A stretch of 42,348 bases of DNA from an uncultured bacterium (GTDB taxonomy: Bacteria; Patescibacteriota; Minisyncoccia; Phycocordibacterales; UBA918), in NCBI GenBank assembly GCA_913050645.1, contig CAJXAG010000002.1, forward strand, positions 1-42,348, written 5' to 3'. Of this stretch, positions 9,395 through 17,487 are shown piece after piece. The notes beneath the pieces were generated by a model, which saw only the letters and a program-made list of their open reading frames with translations, was not told where the DNA came from and made no database searches. Positions within the stretch are counted from its first letter, which is position 1, and the number at the start of each line of letters is the position of its first letter. Both the position numbers and the translations under genes were made by a program.

Positions 9395-11092
9395 ATGTTT
9401 TGGCGTTGGCGAAAAAAGGATACACCGGTTGCGTATGAGGAGATTCTCCTTGATTCCTCAAATTTACCCTCATTTAACCGTGGGAGAATGGAGGGCCGTA
9501 TGGAGCTGCCGATTGCGATTCGTAATATCGGTATTGTCGCTGCTATTTTTGTGATCATCGCGGGCTGGTTTTTTAGCAAGTTATTTGTACTGCAAATAGC
9601 AAGAGGAGATGAGTATTACGACATCAGTGAAAATAACAGTATCGACGAGACAGTAATCATTGCTGAGCGTGGGGTCATTTATGATCGCAATGATGAGCTC
9701 TTAGCTTGGAATGAGCCAGATAAAGATGGTATGTATTCGTTCCCAGTGCGAGCCTACACCGACCGTCAGGGATTAGGACAACTTATTGGGTATGTCTCGT
9801 ATCCGCTGAAAGACAAAAAAGGATTCTACTATCGCACCGAGTATGTCGGACGCAACGGAGTTGAAGCTTCATATAACGACATACTTGGTGGAACGAACGG
9901 GGAGCAGTTGATTGAAACCAATGCATTTTCTGAAGTCATTGGTGAACACGTGGTTGATCTGCCTACGGCAGGAACTGAAGTGCGTCTCTCGCTTGATGCA
10001 AAGCTCTCTGAGGCTATGTACGACATCATTGCGACCTCAACAGCACAATCAGGTTCCCGAAGCGGTGCGGCGGCAATTATGGACGTTCATACTGGAGAAA
10101 TTGTGGGCATGACAAGTTTTCCTTCGTATGACCCAGAGGTGATGGCTGACGGCGATGATGCTGATCTTATCGCACAGTACAACACAGATGATCGATTCCC
10201 GTTTTTGAATAAAGTCCTTGCAGGAGCGTATACACCAGGATCGATTGTAAAACCCTTTGTGGCGTACGCGGCACTCACTGAAGGTATTATTAGTCCGGAT
10301 AAGATCATTGTGAGTACCGGTGAGATTGTAATTCCAAATCCATACAACCCAAGCAATCCTTCTATATTCCGTGACTGGCGTGTACAGGGAAAAATGACTA
10401 TGCAGGAAGCGATTGCCTATTCCTCTAATGTTTATTTCTATACTATTGGTGGAGGTTTTGGGGATCAAAAAGGGCTTGGTATCACCAAAATGGATGAATA
10501 CTTTGCCCGCTTTGGATTTGGTACGACCACGGGTGTTAATCTCGCCAATGAACAATCAGGAACGGTCCCGAGCCCCGCATGGAAAAAAGAGCTGTTCGAT
10601 GATGACTGGCGCTTGGGGGACACGTATTACACCGCAATTGGGCAATACGGTTGGCAAGTGACGCCGCTGCAAATGCTGGTTGCATATGGAGCACTCGCAA
10701 ACGGTGGAAAATTGTTTGTACCGCATATTGAAAAGGGGAAGATGGGAACGTATCGTGATCTTGACCTTGACCCATGGGCGCTGGGTATTGTGCGTGAAGG
10801 TATGCATATGACTACAAACTATCCCGGTGGTACCGCACGGTCACTTGAGAAGAAGTATGTAAAAGTTGCAGCAAAATCAGGAACCGCAGAGCTCGACTTT
10901 GCGAAGGCTCGTCTTAACACCTGGGCAGCAGGGTACTGGCCGTACGAAGATCCCCAGTATGCATTTATTGTGTTAATGGAAAATGCCCCATACAGTAACA
11001 GGATTGGAGGCACAAAACTTGCAGGGGATATTTTGGATTGGATTCATAACAATGCACCGGAATACCTCGGACTTGAAGCTGTAGAAGAATAA
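9395..11092 (+). CDS. mrdA: penicillin-binding protein 2 (class B transpeptidase)
   Basis: SxxK (GSIVKP), SxN (YSSNVY) and KSG (KSGTAE) motifs with an N-terminal TM anchor. The track ORF starts at TTG 9353; the first ATG is 9395. Confidence 0.88.
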   Translation: MFWRWRKKDTPVAYEEILLDSSNLPSFNRGRMEGRMELPIAIRNIGIVAAIFVIIAGWFFSKLFVLQIARGDEYYDISENNSIDETVIIAERGVIYDRNDELLAWNEPDKDGMYSFPVRAYTDRQGLGQLIGYVSYPLKDKKGFYYRTEYVGRNGVEASYNDILGGTNGEQLIETNAFSEVIGEHVVDLPTAGTEVRLSLDAKLSEAMYDIIATSTAQSGSRSGAAAIMDVHTGEIVGMTSFPSYDPEVMADGDDADLIAQYNTDDRFPFLNKVLAGAYTPGSIVKPFVAYAALTEGIISPDKIIVSTGEIVIPNPYNPSNPSIFRDWRVQGKMTMQEAIAYSSNVYFYTIGGGFGDQKGLGITKMDEYFARFGFGTTTGVNLANEQSGTVPSPAWKKELFDDDWRLGDTYYTAIGQYGWQVTPLQMLVAYGALANGGKLFVPHIEKGKMGTYRDLDLDPWALGIVREGMHMTTNYPGGTARSLEKKYVKVAAKSGTAELDFAKARLNTWAAGYWPYEDPQYAFIVLMENAPYSNRIGGTKLAGDILDWIHNNAPEYLGLEAVEE

Positions 11093-11122
11093 AACCACCT
11101 GAAATGTCAGGTGGTTTTTTGT
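11091..11122. terminator. bidirectional rho-independent terminator
   Basis: ccacctga (11095-11102) pairs with tcaggtgg (11107-11114). It is flanked by an A-run and tttttt, and lies between convergent genes. Confidence 0.8.
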
Positions 11123-11123
11123 G

Positions 11124-11441
11124 TTAGTGACTGTTTAGTTCATAGAATGGAACACCTTCGGCTTCTGCTGTGTTGATGATGTCTCGCAGGAACCCAGCAC
11201 CACAGTGTGTACCAAGCCACTGAATAGTGGCTGCCATGATGGCAATTTCTTCTGACGAATAGACACTTTTCCCGGGAATAGGTTCCAGAACCGCTTGTAC
11301 CGGAATTGCACCCATTTCACCTCGTGTGTTCCATTTCTGCCATACTTCCATGACAGCACGCTCACGTACATTTGTTATGTTTTGGAGACGTGCGAGTGAA
11401 TTAGGTAGGGTTTCACCTACAGGCGAGAGTGATTCAGTCAT
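11124..11441 (-). CDS. hypothetical protein (105 aa)
   Basis: The track ORF extends to 11477, but GAGGAG sits 7 nt upstream of the internal ATG at 11441 (MTESLSP...). No motif recognised. Confidence 0.5.
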   Translation of the reverse strand: MTESLSPVGETLPNSLARLQNITNVRERAVMEVWQKWNTRGEMGAIPVQAVLEPIPGKSVYSSEEIAIMAATIQWLGTHCGAGFLRDIINTAEAEGVPFYELNSH

Positions 11442-11534
11442 GTCTTTCTCCTCTGTTCTGTCTTTAACATACATCAATGCAGTTCGTTTGCAACGATATC
11501 AGGATCAGATTGCAGTTGTGGAAAACTCGATTGT

Positions 11535-11562
11535 TTGCTTCAAAAGTTTTTCTGCGTATAAT
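11535..11562 (+). promoter_or_regulatory. sigma70-like promoter of greA
   Basis: TTGCTT (11535-11540), a 16-nt spacer, then TATAAT (11557-11562), 22 nt upstream of ATG 11584. Confidence 0.55.
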
Positions 11563-11583
11563 TGAGTGAAATAATTTTTGCAT

Positions 11584-12051
11584 ATGAATGACACACAAGC
11601 ATATTTGACCAAAGAGAAGTTCGAGGAACTGAAGAAGGAACTTGAACACCTCAAAACCGTACGTCGAAAGGAAGTAGCAGAATCACTAGAATACGCACGA
11701 AGTCTCGGTGACCTCTCAGAAAACGCTGAGTACCAGGAAGCACGCGATATGCAGGCAGCGATTGAAGAGCGTATTAACCACCTTGAACAGGTTATCAAAG
11801 AGGCAAAGATCGTATCACACGACAAGAGTGATGTGGTGGGTCTTGGAAATGAAGTGTGTATTCAAAAGGCAGGCGAAAAAGGGAACATCTGTTACACGAT
11901 TGTTGGTTCAGAAGAAGCAAACATTCACGACAAGAAACTCTCATACCTCTCACCCTTGGGTGAAGCACTTATGGGCAAAGAGAAAGGGGAAGAGATTACG
12001 TTTGATACTCCGGCAGGAAAGCAGAAGTATAAGCTATTGAAGATTAGCTAG
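11584..12051 (+). CDS. greA: transcription elongation factor GreA
   Basis: LTKEKFEELKKELEHLKTVRRKEVAESLEYARSLGDLSENAEYQEARD is the GreA coiled-coil signature. The track start, TTG 11578, lies 6 nt upstream of the ATG. Confidence 0.93.
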   Translation: MNDTQAYLTKEKFEELKKELEHLKTVRRKEVAESLEYARSLGDLSENAEYQEARDMQAAIEERINHLEQVIKEAKIVSHDKSDVVGLGNEVCIQKAGEKGNICYTIVGSEEANIHDKKLSYLSPLGEALMGKEKGEEITFDTPAGKQKYKLLKIS

Positions 12052-12056
12052 GTCTA

Positions 12057-12103
12057 AAACAAAAGCTGCGCGAACCTTTGGTTCCCGCAGCTTTTGTTTT
12101 TTT
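12057..12103 (+). terminator. rho-independent terminator
   Basis: aaacaaaagctgcgcgaacc pairs with ggttcccgcagcttttgttt (20-bp stem, one mismatch, ttt loop), followed by a T-run. Confidence 0.85.
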
Positions 12104-12156
12104 GCATGTTGTAGTACGGTAAGAGGTAGAAAGAACTTTGTGAGGAGGAAGACAAA

Positions 12157-12680
12157 ATGACGTCATTTGCAGCGACTGTGCTGGATTTGAATCCGTACGT
12201 ACGATTTGGAAATACTCACGATATTGTGCTCACTGCTAAGTGCACGCACTATGATATGCCACAGGAAGAAGTTGTGGCACGTGCTGCGCGCAGTGGAAAC
12301 ATCGCGATTACATTTGCGGGCACAGGTGTACTTGCAGGTTTGTCTGCTTGGGTTTTTTTTCAGACGGTTCGCTTGGTGGTTTTCTTGCAAGCCTGGGTCT
12401 CTTTTTGGCTGCGACCTATTTGTATTTCTTTGCGTTTAAACACCCAAGGATACAGCGGTTTGTCTACGAAGATTACCCCGAGCTCATTCCAGCATCGGTG
12501 CGAACACAGATTGATGGCTTGCTGGAACAGTTTCCTGATATCTGGGTTGAATGCGTCGGGTATCTCAAGGATAAGAAGCTTGCAGGGCTCGCGTACATCC
12601 AAGTACATACCGAAAATCAGCAGGTGATGTTCTACCTACATCCTGATCTTTGCGAAGGGCCATATGAAATGGCTCTGTAA
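12157..12680 (+). pseudogene. two-TM membrane protein gene split by a frameshift in a T8 run
   Basis: ORF 12157..12627 looks protein-like only up to WVFF. ORF 12348..12680, in the -1 frame, looks protein-like from GFFSDG onward. The frames switch exactly at tttttttt (12353-12360), and a T9 run would give one ORF of about 174 aa. Confidence 0.6.
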
Positions 12681-12684
12681 AAGT

Positions 12685-12716
12685 AAAACCAGTGGTAATG
12701 TCACTGGTTTTTTCTT
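12685..12716 (+). terminator. rho-independent terminator
   Basis: aaaaccagtg (12685-12694) pairs with cactggtttt (12702-12711), followed by more T. Confidence 0.8.
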
Positions 12717-12753
12717 TGCATTACGAAGCATTTCTCGCTACTATAGCTTCATT

Positions 12754-14253
12754 ATGTCTATGTCAGGAGTTGAAGAATCGCGTGCAGATCGGCAACGGAA
12801 GCGTGAAGCGCTACGCGAGGCGGGGATGAACCCGTATCCAGCGGAAACTGCGTGTACGCATACGCTCGCTAAGGTGCTTGAAGATTTTCAAACACTACAG
12901 GAAAACGAAGAGGAATTTATCGTTGCAGGTCGCGTGATGGCTATTCGCGGTCACGGTGCACTTGCGTTTGTGGACCTTTTTGACGGCACCGCAAAGATAC
13001 AGGCGTTTTTCTCAAAAGAAGCCATGAGTGAAGAACACTTTGAGCTACTGCTTGATACCATCAGCGCAGGTGACTTTATTGAGGTAACGGGAAAGGCTTT
13101 TGTAACAAAGCGTGAGATGAACGCTGTAAAGGTTACTTCTTGGCGTGTGATCACCAAAGCTATGGTTGCCCTACCCTCAGAGCATTTTGGTATAAAAGAC
13201 GAAGACGATCGACTTCGAAAGCGATACCTCGACATTCTCCTGGATCAAGAAATACGTGAAATGTTTAAAAAGAAGGCAGCCTTCTGGCGTGCCTCACGTC
13301 GCTTCCTTGAAGACCAAAACTTTGAAGAGGTGCATACTCCTACACTTGAAACAACTACCGGTGGCGCTGAAGCAAATCCGTTTGTGACACATCATGACGA
13401 CTTCGACATCGATGTGTTCTTGCGTATCTCAGTAGGGGAGTTGTGGCAGAAGCGATTAATGGCTGCGGGTATCCCGCGTGTGTTTGAAATGGGCAGAGTA
13501 TACCGCAACGAGGGGACAAGCCCTGACCATCTGCAAGAGTTCACTAACATCGAGTTCTATGCTGCATACATGAACTTTGACGATGGCTTGAAGCTCCTTG
13601 AGGACCATGTTCACTATGTGCTCGATGAGGCATTTGATGGACAGCGAGTATTCAAGATGAAGGACTTTGAAGTGGACTTCACGGGTCCATTTGAAAAGAT
13701 TGATTACGTAGAAACGATTGAGAAGGCAACAGGGGTCAATGTGGTGACTGCATCATACGAGGAGTTGGCAGAAAAAGTAGCAGAACTGCAGATTGAGCAC
13801 GAGGGAGCTAACCGAGAACGACTCACTGACACACTCTGGAAGTACTGCCGCAAGAGTATCGCTGGCCCGGTGTGGCTTACCGGTCACCCGAAGCTTGTTT
13901 CACCACTATCGAAGGAGTCTGATAAGGGTGATGGTACGGTATTGCGCGCACAGTTGATTATGGCTGGTGCTGAGTTCAACAACTGCTTTGCAGAGCTTAA
14001 CGACCCTGATGAACAAAAGGAACGGTTTGAAGCACAGGCTGAGCTCTTGGCTCAAGGCGATGATGAGGCGATGATGCCGGACTGGGAGTTTGTGGAGATG
14101 CTTGAACACGGTATGCCACCAACGTTTGGTGCAGCTACACTCGGTGAACGATTCTTTGCATACCTGGTTGATAAACCAATCCGTGAGACCCAGTACTTCC
14201 CACTGATGAAGCCAAAGGTAGAGCAGGTACAAAAGGAGGACGGAGAAGAGTAA
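12754..14253 (+). CDS. lysS: lysyl-tRNA synthetase (class II)
   Basis: OB-fold N-domain, then RYLDIL, FEEVHTPTLE, FEMGRVYRNEGTSPDHLQEFTNIEFY and GMPPTFG. The track start 12664 lies upstream of the preceding terminator; ATG 12754 is the first start after it. Confidence 0.95.
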   Translation: MSMSGVEESRADRQRKREALREAGMNPYPAETACTHTLAKVLEDFQTLQENEEEFIVAGRVMAIRGHGALAFVDLFDGTAKIQAFFSKEAMSEEHFELLLDTISAGDFIEVTGKAFVTKREMNAVKVTSWRVITKAMVALPSEHFGIKDEDDRLRKRYLDILLDQEIREMFKKKAAFWRASRRFLEDQNFEEVHTPTLETTTGGAEANPFVTHHDDFDIDVFLRISVGELWQKRLMAAGIPRVFEMGRVYRNEGTSPDHLQEFTNIEFYAAYMNFDDGLKLLEDHVHYVLDEAFDGQRVFKMKDFEVDFTGPFEKIDYVETIEKATGVNVVTASYEELAEKVAELQIEHEGANRERLTDTLWKYCRKSIAGPVWLTGHPKLVSPLSKESDKGDGTVLRAQLIMAGAEFNNCFAELNDPDEQKERFEAQAELLAQGDDEAMMPDWEFVEMLEHGMPPTFGAATLGERFFAYLVDKPIRETQYFPLMKPKVEQVQKEDGEE

Positions 14254-14256
14254 AAC

Positions 14257-14282
14257 AAATCGCGCCAAAGGCGCGATTTGTC
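14257..14282 (+). terminator. terminator-like hairpin
   Basis: aatcgcgcc aaa ggcgcgatt followed by tg tc. The T-run is weak. Confidence 0.6.
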
Positions 14283-14324
14283 ACGAAAACTATTTAGCAG
14301 TAAGTACAGTTACAACAGGCAACA

Positions 14325-15044
14325 ATGGAGCAGAAAGATGGGTATCACGTAGGGCTGATTCTTGACGGGAATGGTCGCTGGGCAACGCAGCAAAATAAGC
14401 CGCGGCTTTTTGGTCATGCAGAGGGTGCAAATACTATGTTGCGGCTAATTGATAACGCAGCGCAAGCACAGGTGCATACACTCACCTTATATGCGTTCGC
14501 TATCGCTAACTGGAAGCGAGACGCTGAAGAGGTAGATGGGCTTTGGGCTCTTTTTATGGAGTTTCTGGAGGCACATCTGGAAACGCTGCTACAGCAAGGT
14601 GCGCGCTTTAAGTCTGTAGGCGATCGTACCGGTCTGCCGGCACATGTACGCACTGCTGCAGAAGATGCCGAAGAACGGTCAAAAGATAATACTGGTCTTT
14701 TGTTACAAATTGCCCTTAACTACGATGGAGTGGATGAGGTGGTACGTATGATGCGTGCAGCGGTTGAAAGCGGCATTACGCCAGAAGAGGTAACAAGCGA
14801 ATACATCTTGTCACATCTAGATACTGAAGCAGAGAACGATTTAGATATTTTGGTACGCACCGGCATGAAAGAGTCAGAAGGGAAGTTTTCATATTGGCGC
14901 AGCTCGTCGTTTCTTCCACTACAGTCAGTACAGTCGGTATGTGTTGGGACGCAGACCCTTTGGCCGGACTTTGAGGTAGAGGAGCTAAAGGAAATTATTG
15001 CCTTTGCAGATCCTAATGACCGTTTATTCGGCGGACAGCGTTAA
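14325..15044 (+). CDS. uppS: undecaprenyl-diphosphate synthase (cis-isoprenyl transferase)
   Basis: GLILDGNGRWA, GHAEGANT, TLYAFAIANWKR, LNYDG and LWPDF are the cis-prenyltransferase signature blocks. Confidence 0.92.
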   Translation: MEQKDGYHVGLILDGNGRWATQQNKPRLFGHAEGANTMLRLIDNAAQAQVHTLTLYAFAIANWKRDAEEVDGLWALFMEFLEAHLETLLQQGARFKSVGDRTGLPAHVRTAAEDAEERSKDNTGLLLQIALNYDGVDEVVRMMRAAVESGITPEEVTSEYILSHLDTEAENDLDILVRTGMKESEGKFSYWRSSSFLPLQSVQSVCVGTQTLWPDFEVEELKEIIAFADPNDRLFGGQR

Positions 15045-15045
15045 T

Positions 15046-15071
15046 AAAACCTGCCCAGCGGCAGGTTTTTA
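15046..15071 (+). terminator. rho-independent terminator
   Basis: aaacctgcc cagc ggcaggttt followed by tt. Confidence 0.8.
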
Positions 15072-15314
15072 GCTGTCCGAGGCGTGAGAAGTGACTTAAT
15101 GTCACTTCACAAGAGGTTGCCTGGTATTTTGAACTTGTGAAAAATAACGACAACCTGAACAGCTTCTGTAAGCGGAGTGAACACTTAGTAGGATCTGCAC
15201 GTAGCGCATGATTATACTTAGTGATTCGTGAGGTCAAAGGAAGGAGGTGTAACTTTTCTACACATAACTCTGTTATCTCTTCCCAGACACAGTACAAAAA
15301 GGGAGGTGTATATC

Positions 15315-15521
15315 ATGTCTATGCATGATCGAACAATACCTGTGTATGACGCAGATTTTCGTTGGGAACGACTTGGTCGCCGCCGCGCATTGCGCCGTGC
15401 AGGAATCAACCCTGAAACGGGCAAGGTACAGCCGGTTGGGTCTCTAGCCACCGAACCCAAAAAGAAACCGGTTTCTGCAACTGGTACAAAGCCTCGTCGA
15501 GATCCTATTCTCGGGCTATAA
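15315..15521 (+). CDS. small basic hypothetical protein (68 aa)
   Basis: GGGAGG at 15300-15305 lies 9 nt before ATG 15315. The track ORF start 15228 would ignore this RBS. The product is Arg/Lys-rich, and a strong terminator follows. Confidence 0.5.
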   Translation: MSMHDRTIPVYDADFRWERLGRRRALRRAGINPETGKVQPVGSLATEPKKKPVSATGTKPRRDPILGL

Positions 15522-15523
15522 AG

Positions 15524-15551
15524 AAAAACCGACTCAAAGAGTCGGTTTTTT
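15524..15551 (+). terminator. rho-independent terminator
   Basis: ccgactc (15529-15535) aaa gagtcgg (15539-15545), followed by tttttt. Confidence 0.85.
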
Positions 15552-15559
15552 AGTGCTTG

Positions 15560-15659
15560 GTGGGAGGAAATGTGTATAAGTGTGGTCGACGGTGGTATGA
15601 AGTGGTATATAATGTGCTCGTGGTGGGAGATAGTGGTATACTCTAGAAATAGAGTATAC
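15560..15659 (+). promoter_or_regulatory. dcw promoter region with phased GTGG[G/T] (MraZ-box-like) repeats
   Basis: GTGGG/GTGGT(AT) motifs start at 15560, 15582, 15592, 15602, 15623 and 15633, with weaker GTGT/GTGC at 15572 and 15614. Spacing is about 10 nt. TATAAT lies at 15608-15613, and a 9-bp inverted repeat (gtatactct/agagtatac) at 15636-15659. Confidence 0.55.
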
Positions 15660-15743
15660 AGGGACGAGTTGATCTGGAGCCCCTCCACGATCTCTCCACA
15701 GATTGTGGACGGACTCCAGGTCGACTCAAACTATCGAAACCTT

Positions 15744-16178
15744 ATGTTGATTGGTGAACACAAACATACGTTGGATCCTAAGAAACGGCTGTCCATGCCG
15801 TCCAAGTGGCGGAAGGAACTTGGGAAAAAACTTGTGGTCACACGAGGTCTCGATAACTGTCTCTTTGTATATCCATTGAAGCAGTGGCAAGTGATAACTG
15901 AAAAAGTTGCTCAGTTGCCACTGGGTCAATCGGATACAAGAAGCTTCAACCGATTCTTCCTTTCGGGAGCAGTTGAAGTGGAAGTAGATAGCGTTGGACG
16001 TATTCTGGTTCCAGATTTTTTAAAGGAATTTGCGAAGCTCGACAGCAAAGTTGTGCTTGCAGGTATCCATGATCGTGTAGAAATCTGGGATGAACATAAA
16101 TGGGAGGAATACAAACAACGTATTGAAGGTCAGGCTGATGCTTTGGCAGAGAAGCTTGGCGACATAGGTGTGCTCTAA
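15744..16178 (+). CDS. mraZ: transcriptional regulator MraZ
   Basis: MLIGEHKHTLDPKKRLSMPSKWR and a second VDSVGRILVPDFL repeat form the duplicated MraZ/SpoVT-AbrB-like fold. The track start 15570 would run through the promoter region. Confidence 0.93.
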   Translation: MLIGEHKHTLDPKKRLSMPSKWRKELGKKLVVTRGLDNCLFVYPLKQWQVITEKVAQLPLGQSDTRSFNRFFLSGAVEVEVDSVGRILVPDFLKEFAKLDSKVVLAGIHDRVEIWDEHKWEEYKQRIEGQADALAEKLGDIGVL

Positions 16179-16223
16179 AAACTCGATGGCTTCGAGAGAG
16201 ACACTACAGACACCGCGTAAAAA

Positions 16224-17135
16224 ATGCATTCGCGTATGCGACACGTGACCGTCTTAGCAAAAGAAGCAACCGATATGCTGAACCTCGGGAAAGGTTCTGT
16301 GGTTGTTGACTGCACGCTAGGAGCAGGTGGTCATGCAGAGCAAATCCTTAGTGTGATAGGAGATAGCGGTACCTATATAGGTATCGACGCAGACAAGACT
16401 GCCATAGAGGCAGCAACGTACCTCAAAACTCAGTATGGATCTACGATCCATCTTATACATGGAAATTTCCGAAACATTTCGGAAATACTCCAAGAACTTA
16501 ATATACCTTCAGTTGATGCTGTGCTTGCTGACCTTGGTTGGCGCATGGAACAGTTCGACGGTAGCTCAGGAGAGAAGCGCGGTTTTTCCTTCAAGGAAGA
16601 CGAACCGCTTCATATGACCTTTGGAACCCCAAAGGACTATCCATTTACTGCACAGGACATCATTAACGAATGGGACGCAGAAGATATCGCTAACGTACTT
16701 TTCGGTTACGGTGAAGAGCATTTCTCGCGCCGTATCGCAAAAGCGATTGTGAAAGCGCGGCAGGAAGTTCCAGTAACCTCGTCAATGCAGCTTGCAGACA
16801 TTGTGAGTGATTCAGTGCCCGCGCCATATCGACGTAGGCGTACCCATCCTGCAACGAAGACCTTTCAGGCGCTACGTATCGCAGTCAATGATGAGTTCGA
16901 CGCCCTTAACGATTTGTTGCGTGACGGCTTTAACGCGCTGCAATCGAAAGGTCGCATGGCGATTATTACGTTCCACTCACTTGAAGACCGTATCGTTAAA
17001 CAAACATTCAAAGCGTATGTGCGCGATGAGCAAGGTGTATTGGTACATAAGAAACCAATGGCTCCTTCAGAAGAAGAACAGAAAAAAAATCCACGAAGTC
17101 GTAGCGCAATGCTACGCACGATAGAAAAAACATGA
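16224..17135 (+). CDS. rsmH: 16S rRNA (cytosine1402-N4)-methyltransferase RsmH
   Basis: HVTVL...VVDCTLGAGGH, DLGWRMEQFD, FGYGEE, TFQALRIAVNDE and ITFHSLEDR are RsmH/MraW blocks. Confidence 0.93.
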   Translation: MHSRMRHVTVLAKEATDMLNLGKGSVVVDCTLGAGGHAEQILSVIGDSGTYIGIDADKTAIEAATYLKTQYGSTIHLIHGNFRNISEILQELNIPSVDAVLADLGWRMEQFDGSSGEKRGFSFKEDEPLHMTFGTPKDYPFTAQDIINEWDAEDIANVLFGYGEEHFSRRIAKAIVKARQEVPVTSSMQLADIVSDSVPAPYRRRRTHPATKTFQALRIAVNDEFDALNDLLRDGFNALQSKGRMAIITFHSLEDRIVKQTFKAYVRDEQGVLVHKKPMAPSEEEQKKNPRSRSAMLRTIEKT

Positions 17136-17449
17136 TACGACTGAACCTACAACAGAAGACAGAACAGAAAATTTGCATTGCACTTGCAACAGTTTTGCTT
17201 GGCATGTTTATTTCGTACATTTATTTAGTGAGCGCATCGATTGTGCATGTAGTGATTCGAACTGAACTTAATCAAGAAATCCAGCAAGTCAGTTCTGAAA
17301 TTAGTTTGCTTGAAAGCGAATATATCGCAGCGCAGCATCAAGTGAGCCAGAGCATTGCATCACTGCAGGGATATACAGAAAACTCACGAAAAATTTTTAT
17401 AGATAGATCAGCACCGAGTTTGGTGTATTCCGGAGATACAAATCGCTAG
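17132..17449 (+). CDS. ftsL: FtsL-like cell division membrane protein
   Basis: 105 aa with one TM followed by a coiled coil. It shares an ATGA overlap with rsmH and sits between rsmH and ftsI. The call rests on position and architecture only. Confidence 0.55.
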   Translation: MIRLNLQQKTEQKICIALATVLLGMFISYIYLVSASIVHVVIRTELNQEIQQVSSEISLLESEYIAAQHQVSQSIASLQGYTENSRKIFIDRSAPSLVYSGDTNR

Positions 17450-17487
17450 CGTGCGTAAGGTGTTTTTCGTACAATGGTAGGGACACT

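Noticed and set aside
12664-12753. N-terminal 30-codon extension of the lysS ORF
   Set aside because: The extension spans the terminator at 12685-12716 and overlaps the preceding gene's end. ATG 12754 follows the terminator and gives a normal LysRS N-terminus.
15225-15255. SRP-RNA-like string gaggtcaaaggaaggaggtg
   Set aside because: It resembles AGGUC..GGAAGGAAGCAGC only superficially. There is no GNAR tetraloop hairpin or complementary 3' strand, and it is better explained as an SD-like box.
15218-15688. 156-aa minus-strand ORF
   Set aside because: It crosses a strong terminator (15524-15551), the small plus-strand gene and the dcw promoter. It has no RBS and a poor composition.
15570-15743. 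58-codon extension of the mraZ ORF
   Set aside because: It would translate the GTGG-repeat promoter region. MraZ proteins begin at the MLIGEH-type N-terminus (ATG 15744).
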